This document shows positions 40,477-54,500 of a stretch of 64,000 bases of DNA, piece by piece. Source of the stretch: Auanema rhodensis (lineage: Eukaryota; Animalia; Nematoda); assembly GCA_964057225.1 (NCBI GenBank), contig OZ059898.1, forward strand, positions 21,204,001-21,268,000. Reading direction: 5' to 3'. The stretch's first letter is position 1; each line of letters opens with the position of its first letter. The notes below the pieces were generated by a model. It did no database searches and was not told where the DNA came from. It saw only the letters and a program-made list of their open reading frames with translations. The position numbers and the translations under genes were made by a program.

Positions 40477-43290
40477 TTTTTATTGATATTGGTTCATGGT
40501 AACCATGACTTTGAAATTTACGTGAACTTTAATTTATGCTAATTAAATGTACACGTGATGTGCACTTGGTATGTAACTCGCTTCACGTGAAAGATAAAGA
40601 GATGCGGTTTTCAAAATTAGATTCCCCATGTCCATATTAGTCTAAAAACAAATTTTTATTGATATTGGTTCATGGTAACCATGACTTTGAAATTTACGTG
40701 AACTTTAATTTATGCTAATTAAATGTACACGTGATGTGCACTTGGTATGTAACTCGCTTCACGTGAAAGATAAAGAGATGCGGTTTTCAAAATTAGATTC
40801 CCCATGTCCATATTAGTCTAAAAACAAATTTTTATTGATATTGGTGCATGGTAACCATGACTTTGAAATTTACGTGAACTTTAATTTATGCTAATTAAAT
40901 GTACACGTGATGTGCACTTGGTATGTAACTCGCTTCACGTGAAAGATAAAGAGATGCGGTTTTCAAAATTAGATTCCCCATGTCCATATTAGTCTAAAAA
41001 CAAATTTTTATTGATATTGGTGCATGGTAACCATGACTTTGAAATTTACGTGAACTTTAATTTATGCTAATTAAATGTACACGTGATGTGCACTTGGTAT
41101 GTAACTCGCTTCACGTGAGAGATAAAGAGATGCGGTTTTCAAAATTAGATTCCCCATGTCCATATTAGTCTAAAAACAAATTTTTATTGATATTGGTTCA
41201 TGGTAACCATGACTTTGAAATTTACGTGAACTTTAATTCATGCTAATTAAATGTACACGTGATGTGCACTTGGTATGTAACTCGCTTCACGTGAAAGATA
41301 AACGGATGCGGTTTTCAAAATTAGATTCCCCATGTCCATATTAGTCTAAAAACAAATTGTTATTGATATTGGTGCATGGTAACCATGACTTTGAAATTTA
41401 CGTGAACTTTAATTCATGCTAATTAAATGTACGCGTGATGTGCACTTGGTATGTAACTCGCTTCACGTGAAAGATAAAGAGATGCGGTTTTCAAAATTAG
41501 ATTCCCCATATCCATATTAGTCTAAAAACAAATTTTTATTGATATTGGTGCATGGTAACCATGACTTTGAAATTTACGTGAACTTTAATTTATGCTAATT
41601 AAATGTACACGTGATGTGCACTTGGTATGTAACTCGCTTCACGTGAAAGATAAAGAGATGCGGTTTTCAAAATTAGATTCCCCATGTCCATATTAGTCTA
41701 AAAACAAATTTTTATTGATATTGGTTCATGGTAACCATGACTTTGAAATTTACGTGAACTTTAATTTATGCTAATTAAATGTACACGTGATGTGCACTTG
41801 GTATGTAACTCGCTTCACGTGAAAGATAAAGAGATGCGGTTTTCAAAATTAGATTCCCCATGTCCATATTAGTCTAAAAACAAATTTTTATTGATATTGG
41901 TTCATGGTAACCATGACTTTGAAATTTACGTGAACTTTAATTTATGCTAATTAAATGTACACGTGATGTGCACTTGGTATGTAACTCGCTTCACGTGAAA
42001 GATAAAGAGATGCGGTTTTCAAAATTAGATTCCCCATGTCCATATTAGTCTAAAAACAAATTTTTATTGATATTGGTTCATGGTAACCATGACTTTGAAA
42101 TTTACGTGAACTTTAATTTATGCTAATTAAATGTACACGTGATGTGCACTTGGTATGTAACTCGCTTCACGTGAAAGATAAAGAGATGCGGTTTTCAAAA
42201 TTAGATTCCCCATGTCCATATTAGTCTAAAAACAAATTTTTATTGATATTGGTGCATGGTAACCATGACTTTGAAATTTACGTGAACTTTAATTTATGCT
42301 AATTAAATGTACACGTGATGTGCACTTGGTATGTAACTCGCTTCACGTGAAAGATAAAGAGATGCGGTTTTCAAAATTAGATTCCCCATGTCCATATTAG
42401 TCTAAAAACAAATTTTTATTGATATTGGTGCATGGTAACCATGACTTTGAAATTTACGTGAACTTTAATTTATGCTAATTAAATGTACACGTGATGTGCA
42501 CTTGGTATGTAACTCGCTTCACGTGAGAGATAAAGAGATGCGGTTTTCAAAATTAGATTCCCCATGTCCATATTAGTCTAAAAACAAATTTTTATTGATA
42601 TTGGTTCATGGTAACCATGACTTTGAAATTTACGTGAACTTTAATTCATGCTAATTAAATGTACACGTGATGTGCACTTGGTATGTAACTCGCTTCACGT
42701 GAAAGATAAACGGATGCGGTTTTCAAAATTAGATTCCCCATGTCCATATTAGTCTAAAAACAAATTGTTATTGATATTGGTGCATGGTAACCATGACTTT
42801 GAAATTTACGTGAACTTTAATTCATGCTAATTAAATGTACGCGTGATGTGCACTTGGTATGTAACTCGCTTCACGTGAAAGATAAAGAGATGCGGTTTTC
42901 AAAATTAGATTCCCCATGTCCATATTAGTCTAAAAACAAATTTTTATTGATATTGGTGCATGGTAACCATGACTTTGAAATTTACGTGAACTTTAATTTA
43001 TGCTAATTAAATGTACACGTGATGTGCACTTGGTATGTAACTCGCTTCACGTGAAAGATAAAGAGATGCGGTTTTCAAAATTAGATTCCCCATGTCCATA
43101 TTAGTCTAAAAACAAATTTTTATTGATATTGGTGCATGGTAACCATGACTTTGAAATTTACGTGAACTTTAATTTATGCTAATTAAATGTACACGTGATG
43201 TGCACTTGGTATGTAACTCGCTTCACGTGAAAGATAAAGAGATGCGGTTTTCAAAATTAGATTCCCCATGTCCATATTAGTCTAAAAACA
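40477..43290. repeat. 8-monomer (1408-bp) tandem duplication with private markers
   Basis: A115G at 41119/42527, GA>CG at 41303/42711, T3G at 41359/42767, A77G at 41433/42841. Ends are approximate. Confidence 0.85.
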
Positions 43291-44366
43291 AATTTTTATT
43301 GATATTGGTGCATGGTAACCATGACTTTGAAATTTACGTGAACTTTAATTCATGCTAATTAAATGTACACGTGATGTGCACTTGGTATGTAACTCGCTTC
43401 ACGTGAAAGATAAACGGATGCGGTTTTCAAAATTAGATTCCCCATGTCCATATTAGTCTAAAAACAAATTTTTATTGATATTGGTGCATGGTAACCATGA
43501 CTTTGAAATTTACGTGTACTTTAATTCATGCTAATTAAATGTACGCGTGATGTGCACTTGGTATGTAACTCGCTTCACGTGAAAGATAAAGAGATGCGGT
43601 TTTCAAAATTAGATTCCCCATGTCCATATTAGTCTAAAAACAAATTTTTATTGATATTGGTGCATGGTAACCATGACTTTGAAATTTACGTGAACTTTAA
43701 TTTATGCTAATTAAATGTACACGTGATGTGCACTTGGTATGTAACTCGCTTCACGTGAAAGATAAAGAGATGCGGTTTTCAAAATTAGATTCCCCATGTC
43801 CATATTAGTCTAAAAACAAATTTTTATTGATATTGGTTCATGGTAACCATGACTTTGAAATTTACGTGAACTTTAATTTATGCTAATTAAATGTACACGT
43901 GATGTGCACTTGGTATGTAACTCGCTTCACGTGAAAGATAAAGAGATGCGGTTTTCAAAATTAGATTCCCCATGTCCATATTAGTCTAAAAACAAATTTT
44001 TATTGATATTGGTGCATGGTAACCATGACTTTGAAATTTACGTGAACTTTAATTCATGCTAATTAAATGTACACGTGATGTGCACTTGGTATGTAACTCG
44101 CTTCACGTGAAAGATAAAGAGATGCGGTTTTCAAAATTAGATTCCCCATGTCCATATTAGTCTAAAAACAAATTTTTATTGATATTGGTGCATGGTAACC
44201 ATGACTTTGAAATTTACGTGTACTTTAATTTATGCTAATTAAATGTACACGTGATGTGCACTTGGTATGTAACTCGCTTCACGTGAAAGATAAAGAGATG
44301 CGGTTTTCAAAATTAGATTTCCCAAGTTCATATTAGTCTAAAAACAAATTTTTATTGATATTGGTT

Positions 44367-47300
44367 CATGGTAACCATGACTTTGAAATTTACGTGAACT
44401 TTAATTTATGCTAATTAAATGTACACGTGATGTGCACTTGGTATGTAACTCGCTTCACGTGAAAGATAAAGAGATGCGGTTCTCAAAATTAGATTCCCCA
44501 TGTCCATATTAGTCTAAAAACAAATTTTTATTGATATTGGTTCATGGTAACCATGACTTTGAAATTTACGTGAACTTTAATTTATGCTAATTAAATGTAC
44601 ACGTGATGTGCACTTGGTATGTAACTCGCTTCACGTGAAAGATAAAGAGGGTTTTCAAAATTAGATTCCCCATGTCCATATTAGTCTAAAAACAAATTTT
44701 TATTGATATTGGTTCATGGTAACCATGACTTTGAAATTTACGTGAACTTTAATTTATGCTAATTAAATGTACACGTGATGTGCACTTGGTATGTAACTCG
44801 CTTCACGTGAAAGATAAAGAGATGCTGTTTTCAAAATTAGATTCCCCATGTCCATATTAGTCTAAAAACAAATTTTTATTGATATTGGTGCATGGTAACC
44901 ATGACTTTGAAATTTACGTGAACTTTAATTCATGCTAATTAAATGTACACGTGATGTGCACTTGGTATGTAACTCGCTTCACGTGAAAGATAAAGAGATG
45001 CGGTTTTCAAAATTAGATTCCCCATGTCCATATTAGTCTAAAAACAAATTTTTATTGATATTGGTGCATGGTAACCATGACTTTGAAATTTACGTGTACT
45101 TTAATTTATGCTAATTAAATGTACACGTGATGTGCACTTGGTATGTAACTCGCTTCACGTGAAAGATAAAGAGATGCGGTTTTCAAAATTAGATTCCCCA
45201 TGTCCATATTAGTCTAAAAACAAATTTTTCTTGATATTGGTGCATGGTAACCATGACTTTGAAATTTACGTGTACTTTAATTTATGCTAATTAAATGTAC
45301 ACGTGATGTGCACTTGGTATGTAACTCGCTTCACGTGAAAGATAAAGAGATGCGGTTTTCAAAATTAGATTCCCCAAGTCCATATTAGTCTAAAAACAAA
45401 TTTTTATTGATATTGGTTCATGGTAACCATGACTTTGAAATTTACGTGAACTTTAATTCATGCTAATTAAATGTACACGTGATGTGCACTTGGTATGTAA
45501 CTCGCTTCACGTGAAAGATAAAGAGATGCGGTTTTCAAAATTAGATTCCCCAAGTCCATATTAGTCTAAAAACAAATTTTTATTGATATTGGTTTATGGT
45601 AACCATGACTTTGAAATTTACGTGAACTTTAATTCATGCTAATTAAACGTACACGTGATGTGCACTTGGTATGTAACTCGCTTCACGTGAAAGATAAAGA
45701 GATGCGGTTTTCAAAATTAGATTCCCCAAGTCCATATTAGTCTAAAAACAAATTTTTATTGATATTGGTTCATGGTAACCATGACTTTGAAATTTACGTG
45801 AACTTTAATTTATGCTAATTAAATGTACACGTGATGTGCACTTGGTATGTAACTCGCTTCACGTGAAAGATAAAGAGGGTTTTCAAAATTAGATTCCCCA
45901 TGTCCATATTAGTCTAAAAACAAATTTTTATTGATATTGGTTCATGGTAACCATGACTTTGAAATTTACGTGAACTTTAATTTATGCTAATTAAATGTAC
46001 ACGTGATGTGCACTTGGTATGTAACTCGCTTCACGTGAAAGATAAAGAGATGCGGTTTTCAAAATTAGATTCCCCAAGTCCATATTAGTCTAAAAACAAA
46101 TTTTTATTGATATTGGTGCATGGTAACCATGACTTTGAAATTTACGTGAACTTTAATTCATGCTAATTAAATGTACACGTGATGTGCACTTGGTATGTAA
46201 CTCGCTTCACGTGAAAGATAAAGAGATGCGGTTTTCAAAATTAGATTCCCCATGTCCATATTAGTCTAAAAACAAATTTTTATTGATATTGGTGCATGGT
46301 AACCATGACTTTGAAATTTACGTGTACTTTAATTTATGCTAATTAAATGTACACGTGATGTGCACTTGGTATGTAACTCGCTTCACGTGAAAGACAAAGA
46401 GATGCGGTTTTCAAAATTAGATTCCCCATGTCCATATTAGTCTAAAAACAAATTTTTCTTGATATTGGTGCATGGTAACCATGACTTTGAAATTTACGTG
46501 TACTTTAATTTATGCTAATTAAATGTACACGTGATGTGCACTTGGTATGTAACTCGCTTCACGTGAAAGATAAAGAGATGCGGTTTTCAAAATTAGATTC
46601 CCCAAGTCCATATTAGTCTAAAAACAAATTTTTATTGATATTGGTTCATGGTAACCATGACTTTGAAATTTACGTGAACTTTAATTCATGCTAATTAAAT
46701 GTACACGTGATGTGCACTTGGTATGTAACTCGCTTCACGTGAAAGATAAAGAGATGCGGTTTTCAAAATTAGATTCCCCATGTCCATATTAGTCTAAAAA
46801 CAAATTTTTATTGATATTGGTGCATGGTAACCATGACTTTGAAATTTACGTGAACTTTAATTCATGCTAATTAAATGTACACGTGATGTGCACTTGGTAT
46901 GTAACTCGCTTCACGTGAAAGATAAAGAGATGCGGTTTTCAAAATTGGATTCCCCATGTCCATATTAGTCTAAAAACAAATTTTTATTGATATTGGTGCA
47001 TGGTAACCATGACTTTGAAATTTACGTGTACTTTAATTTATGCTAATTAAATGTACACGTGATGTGCACTTGGTATGTAACTCGCTTCACGTGAAAGATA
47101 AAGAGATGCGGTTTTCAAAATTAGATTCCCCAAGTCCATATTAGTCTAAAAACAAATTTTTATTGATATTGGTTCATGGTAACCATGACTTTGAAATTTA
47201 CGTGAACTTTAATTCATGCTAATTAAATGTACACGTGATGTGCACTTGGTATGTAACTCGCTTCACGTGAAAGATAAAGAGATGCGGTTTTCAAAATTAG

Positions 47301-50300
47301 ATTCCCCAAGTCCATATTAGTCTAAAAACAAATTTTTATTGATATTGGTTCATGGTAACCATGACTTTGAAATTTACGTGAACTTTAATTCATGCTAATT
47401 AAATGTACACGTGATGTGCACTTGGTATGTAACTCGCTTCACGTGAAAGATAAAGAGATGCGGTTTTCAAAATTAGATTCCCCATGTCCATATTAGTCTA
47501 AAAACAAATTTTTATTGATATTGGTTCATGGTAACCATGACTTTGAAATTTACGTGAACTTTAATTTATGCTAATTAAATGTACACGTGATGTGCACTTG
47601 GTATGTAACTCGCTTCACGTGAAAGATAAAGAGGGTTTTCAAAATTAGATTCCCCATGTCCATATTAGTCTAAAAACAAATTTTTATTGATATTGGTTCA
47701 TGGTAACCATGACTTTGAAATTTACGTGAACTTTAATTTATGCTAATTAAATGTACACGTGATGTGCACTTGGTATGTAACTCGCTTCACGTGAAAGATA
47801 AAGAGATGCGGTTTTCAAAATTAGATTCCCCATGTCCATATTAGTCTAAAAACAAATTTTTATTGATATTGGTGCATGGTAACCATGACTTTGAAATTTA
47901 CGTGAACTTTAATTTATACTAATTAAATGTACACGTGATGTGCACTTGGTGTGTAACTCGCTTCACGTGAAAGATAAAGAGATGCGGTTTTCAAAATTAG
48001 ATTCCCCATGTCCATATTAGTCTAAAAACAAATTTTTATTGATATTGGTGCATGGTAACCATGACTTTGAAATTTACGTGAACTTTAATTTATGCTAATT
48101 AAATGTACACGTGATGTGCACTTGGTATGTAACTCGCTTCACGTGAAAGATAAAGAGATGCGGTTCTCAAAATTAGATTCCCCATGTCCATATTAGTCTA
48201 AAAACAAATTTTTATTGATATTGGTTCATGGTAACCATGACTTTGAAATTTACGTGAACTTTAATTTATGCTAATTAAATGTACACGTGATGTGCACTTG
48301 GTATGTAACTCGCTTCACGTGAAAGATAAAGAGGGTTTTCAAAATTAGATTCCCCATGTCCATATTAGTCTAAAAACAAATTTTTATTGATATTGGTTCA
48401 TGGTAACCATGACTTTGAAATTTACGTGAACTTTAATTTATGCTAATTAAATGTACACGTGATGTGCACTTGGTATGTAACTCGCTTCACGTGAAAGATA
48501 AAGAGATGCTGTTTTCAAAATTAGATTCCCCATGTCCATATTAGTCTAAAAACAAATTTTTATTGATATTGGTGCATGGTAACCATGACTTTGAAATTTA
48601 CGTGAACTTTAATTCATGCTAATTAAATGTACACGTGATGTGCACTTGGTATGTAACTCGCTTCACGTGAAAGATAAAGAGATGCGGTTTTCAAAATTAG
48701 ATTCCCCATGTCCATATTAGTCTAAAAACAAATTTTTATTGATATTGGTGCATGGTAACCATGACTTTGAAATTTACGTGTACTTTAATTTATGCTAATT
48801 AAATGTACACGTGATGTGCACTTGGTATGTAACTCGCTTCACGTGAAAGATAAAGAGATGCGGTTTTCAAAATTAGATTCCCCATGTCCATATTAGTCTA
48901 AAAACAAATTTTTCTTGATATTGGTGCATGGTAACCATGACTTTGAAATTTACGTGTACTTTAATTTATGCTAATTAAATGTACACGTGATGTGCACTTG
49001 GTATGTAACTCGCTTCACGTGAAAGATAAAGAGATGCGGTTTTCAAAATTAGATTCCCCAAGTCCATATTAGTCTAAAAACAAATTTTTATTGATATTGG
49101 TTCATGGTAACCATGACTTTGAAATTTACGTGAACTTTAATTCATGCTAATTAAATGTACACGTGATGTGCACTTGGTATGTAACTCGCTTCACGTGAAA
49201 GATAAAGAGATGCGGTTTTCAAAATTAGATTCCCCAAGTCCATATTAGTCTAAAAACAAATTTTTATTGATATTGGTTTATGGTAACCATGACTTTGAAA
49301 TTTACGTGAACTTTAATTCATGCTAATTAAACGTACACGTGATGTGCACTTGGTATGTAACTCGCTTCACGTGAAAGATAAAGAGATGCGGTTTTCAAAA
49401 TTAGATTCCCCAAGTCCATATTAGTCTAAAAACAAATTTTTATTGATATTGGTTCATGGTAACCATGACTTTGAAATTTACGTGAACTTTAATTTATGCT
49501 AATTAAATGTACACGTGATGTGCACTTGGTATGTAACTCGCTTCACGTGAAAGATAAAGAGGGTTTTCAAAATTAGATTCCCCATGTCCATATTAGTCTA
49601 AAAACAAATTTTTATTGATATTGGTTCATGGTAACCATGACTTTGAAATTTACGTGAACTTTAATTTATGCTAATTAAATGTACACGTGATGTGCACTTG
49701 GTATGTAACTCGCTTCACGTGAAAGATAAAGAGATGCGGTTTTCAAAATTAGATTCCCCATGTCCATATTAGTCTAAAAACAAATTTTTATTGATATTGG
49801 TGCATGGTAACCATGACTTTGAAATTTACGTGAACTTTAATTCATGCTAATTAAATGTACACGTGATGTGCACTTGGTATGTAACTCGCTTCACGTGAAA
49901 GATAAAGAGATGCGGTTTTCAAAATTAGATTCCCCATGTCCATATTAGTCTAAAAACAAATTTTTATTGATATTGGTGCATGGTAACCATGACTTTGAAA
50001 TTTACGTGTACTTTAATTTATGCTAATTAAATGTACACGTGATGTGCACTTGGTATGTAACTCGCTTCACGTGAAAGACAAAGAGATGCGGTTTTCAAAA
50101 TTAGATTCCCCATGTCCATATTAGTCTAAAAACAAATTTTTCTTGATATTGGTGCATGGTAACCATGACTTTGAAATTTACGTGTACTTTAATTTATGCT
50201 AATTAAATGTACACGTGATGTGCACTTGGTATGTAACTCGCTTCACGTGAAAGATAAAGAGATGCGGTTTTCAAAATTAGATTCCCCAAGTCCATATTAG

Positions 50301-51557
50301 TCTAAAAACAAATTTTTATTGATATTGGTTCATGGTAACCATGACTTTGAAATTTACGTGAACTTTAATTCATGCTAATTAAATGTACACGTGATGTGCA
50401 CTTGGTATGTAACTCGCTTCACGTGAAAGATAAAGAGATGCGGTTTTCAAAATTAGATTCCCCATGTCCATATTAGTCTAAAAACAAATTTTTATTGATA
50501 TTGGTGCATGGTAACCATGACTTTGAAATTTACGTGAACTTTAATTCATGCTAATTAAATGTACACGTGATGTGCACTTGGTATGTAACTCGCTTCACGT
50601 GAAAGATAAAGAGATGCGGTTTTCAAAATTGGATTCCCCATGTCCATATTAGTCTAAAAACAAATTTTTATTGATATTGGTGCATGGTAACCATGACTTT
50701 GAAATTTACGTGTACTTTAATTTATGCTAATTAAATGTACACGTGATGTGCACTTGGTATGTAACTCGCTTCACGTGAACGATAAAGAGATGCGGTTTTC
50801 AAAATTAGATTCCCCAAGTCCATATTAGTCTAAAAACAAATTTTTATTGATATTGGTTCATGGTAACCATGACTTTGAAATTTACGTGAACTTTAATTCA
50901 TGCTAATTAAATGTACACGTGATGTGCACTTGGTATGTAACTCGCTTCACGTGAAAGATAAAGAGATGCGGTTTTCAAAATTAGATTCCCCAAGTCCATA
51001 TTAGTCTAAAAACAAATTTTTATTGATATTGGTTCATGGTAACCATGACTTTGAAATTTACGTGAACTTTAATTCATGCTAATTAAATGTACACGTGATG
51101 TGCACTTGGTATGTAACTCGCTTCACGTGAAAGATAAAGAGATGCGGTTTTCAAAATTAGATTCCCCATGTCCATATTAGTCTAAAAACAAATTTTTATT
51201 GATATTGGTTCATGGTAACCATGACTTTGAAATTTACGTGAACTTTAATTTATGCTAATTAAATGTACACGTGATGTGCACTTGGTATGTAACTCGCTTC
51301 ACGTGAAAGATAAAGAGGGTTTTCAAAATTAGATTCCCCATGTCCATATTAGTCTAAAAACAAATTTTTATTGATATTGGTTCATGGTAACCATGACTTT
51401 GAAATTTACGTGAACTTTAATTTATGCTAATTAAATGTACACGTGATGTGCACTTGGTATGTAACTCGCTTCACGTGAAAGATAAAGAGATGCGGTTTTC
51501 AAAATTAGATTCCCCATGTCCATATTAGTCTAAAAACAAATTTTTATTGATATTGGT
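44367..51557. repeat. Duplication with a 21-monomer period (3684 bp): 44367-47873 is repeated at 48051-51557
   Basis: T134C at 44482/48166, G130T at 44826/48510, T72C at 45648/49332, T119C at 46395/50079, and three ATGC deletions, all offset by 3684 = 21 x 176 - 12. Confidence 0.9.
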
Positions 51558-54500
51558 TCATGGTAACCATGACTTTGAAATTTACGTGAACTTTAATTTA
51601 TGCTAATTAAATGTACACGTGATGTGCACTTGGTATGTAACTCGCTTCACGTGAAAGATAAAGAGATGCGGTTTTCAAAATTAGATTCCCCATGTCCATA
51701 TTAGTCTAAAAACAAATTTTTATTGATATTGGTGCATGGTAACCATGACTTTGAAATTTACGTGAACTTTAATTCATGCTAATTAAATGTACACGTGATG
51801 TGCACTTGGTATGTAACTCGCTTCACGTGAAAGATAAAGAGATGCGGTTTTCAAAATTAGATTCCCCATGTCCATATTAGTCTAAAAACAAATTTTTATT
51901 GATATTGGTGCATGGTAACCATGACTTTGAAATTTACGTGTACTTTAATTTATGCTAATTAAATGTACACGTGATGTGCACTTGGTATGTAACTCGCTTC
52001 ACGTGAAAGACAAAGAGATGCGGTTTTCAAAATTAGATTCCCCATGTCCATATTAGTCTAAAAACAAATTTTTCTTGATATTGGTGCATGGTAACCATGA
52101 CTTTGAAATTTACGTGTACTTTAATTTATGCTAATTAAATGTACACGTGATGTGCACTTGGTATGTAACTCGCTTCACGTGAAAGATAAAGAGATGCGGT
52201 TTTCAAAATTAGATTCCCCAAGTCCATATTAGTCTAAGAACAAATTTTTATTGATATTGGTTCATGGTAACCATGACTTTGAAATTTACGTGAACTTTAA
52301 TTCATGCTAATTAAATGTACACGTGATGTGCACTTGGTATGTAACTCGCTTCACGTGAAAGATAAAGAGATGCGGTTTTCAAAATTAGATTCCCCATGTC
52401 CATATTAGTCTAAAAACAAATTTTTATTGATATTGGTTCATGGTAACCATGACTTTGAAATTTACGTGAACTTTAATTTATGCTAATTAAATGTACACGT
52501 GATGTGCACTTGGTATGTAACTCGCTTCACGTGAAAGATAAAGAGGGTTTTCAAAATTAGATTCCCCATGTCCATATTAGTCTAAAAACAAATTTTTATT
52601 GATATTGGTTCATGGTAACCATGACTTTGAAATTTACGTGAACTTTAATTTATGCTAATTAAATGTACACGTGATGTGCACTTGGTATGTAACTCGCTTC
52701 ACGTGAAAGATAAAGAGATGCGGTTTTCAAAATTAGATTCCCCATGTCCATATTAGTCTAAAAACAAATTTTTATTGATATTGGTTCATGGTAACCATGA
52801 CTTTGAAATTTACGTGAACTTTAATTTATGCTAATTAAATGTACACGTGATGTGCACTTGGTATGTAACTCGCTTCACGTGAAAGATAAAGAGATGCGGT
52901 TTTCAAAATTAGATTCCCCATGTCCATATTAGTCTAAAAACAAATTTTTATTGATATTGGTGCATGGTAACCATGACTTTGAAATTTACGTGAACTTTAA
53001 TTCATGCTAATTAAATGTACACGTGATGTGCACTTGGTATGTAACTCGCTTCACGTGAAAGATAAAGAGATGCGGTTTTCAAAATTAGATTCCCCATGTC
53101 CATATTAGTCTAAAAACAAATTTTTATTGATATTGGTGCATGGTAACCATGACTTTGAAATTTACGTGTACTTTAATTTATGCTAATTAAATGTACACGT
53201 GATGTGCACTTGGTATGTAACTCGCTTCACGTGAAAGACAAAGAGATGCGGTTTTCAAAATTAGATTCCCCATGTCCATATTAGTCTAAAAACAAATTTT
53301 TCTTGATATTGGTGCATGGTAACCATGACTTTGAAATTTACGTGTACTTTAATTTATGCTAATTAAATGTACACGTGATGTGCACTTGGTATGTAACTCG
53401 CTTCACGTGAAAGATAAAGAGATGCGGTTTTCAAAATTAGATTCCCCAAGTCCATATTAGTCTAAGAACAAATTTTTATTGATATTGGTTCATGGTAACC
53501 ATGACTTTGAAATTTACGTGAACTTTAATTCATGCTAATTAAATGTACACGTGATGTGCACTTGGTATGTAACTCGCTTCACGTGAAAGATAAAGAGATG
53601 CGGTTTTCAAAATTAGATTCCCCATGTCCATATTAGTCTAAAAACAAATTTTTATTGATATTGGTGCATGGTAACCATGACTTTGAAATTTACGTGAACT
53701 TTAATTCATGCTAATTAAATGTACACGTGATGTGCACTTGGTATGTAACTCGCTTCACGTGAAAGATAAAGAGATGCGGTTTTCAAAATTGGATTCCCCA
53801 TGTCCATATTAGTCTAAAAACAAATTTTTATTGATATTGGTGCATGGTAACCATGACTTTGAAATTTACGTGTACTTTAATTTATGCTAATTAAATGTAC
53901 ACGTGATGTGCACTTGGTATGTAACTCGCTTCACGTGAAAGATAAAGAGATGCGGTTTTCAAAATTAGATTCCCCAAGTCCATATTAGTCTAAAAACAAA
54001 TTTTTATTGATATTGGTTCATGGTAACCATGACTTTGAAATTTACGTGAACTTTAATTCATGCTAATTAAATGTACACGTGATGTGCACTTGGTATGTAA
54101 CTCGCTTCACGTGAAAGATAAAGAGATGCGGTTTTCAAAATTAGATTCCCCAAGTCCATATTAGTCTAAAAACAAATTTTTATTGATATTGGTTCATGGT
54201 AACCATGACTTTGAAATTTACGTGAACTTTAATTCATGCTAATTAAATGTACACGTGATGTGCACTTGGTATGTAACTCGCTTCACGTGAAAGATAAAGA
54301 GATGCGGTTTTCAAAATTAGATTCCCCATGTCCATATTAGTCTAAAAACAAATTTTTATTGATATTGGTTCATGGTAACCATGACTTTGAAATTTACGTG
54401 AACTTTAATTTATGCTAATTAAATGTACACGTGATGTGCACTTGGTATGTAACTCGCTTCACGTGAAAGATAAAGAGGGTTTTCAAAATTAGATTCCCCA

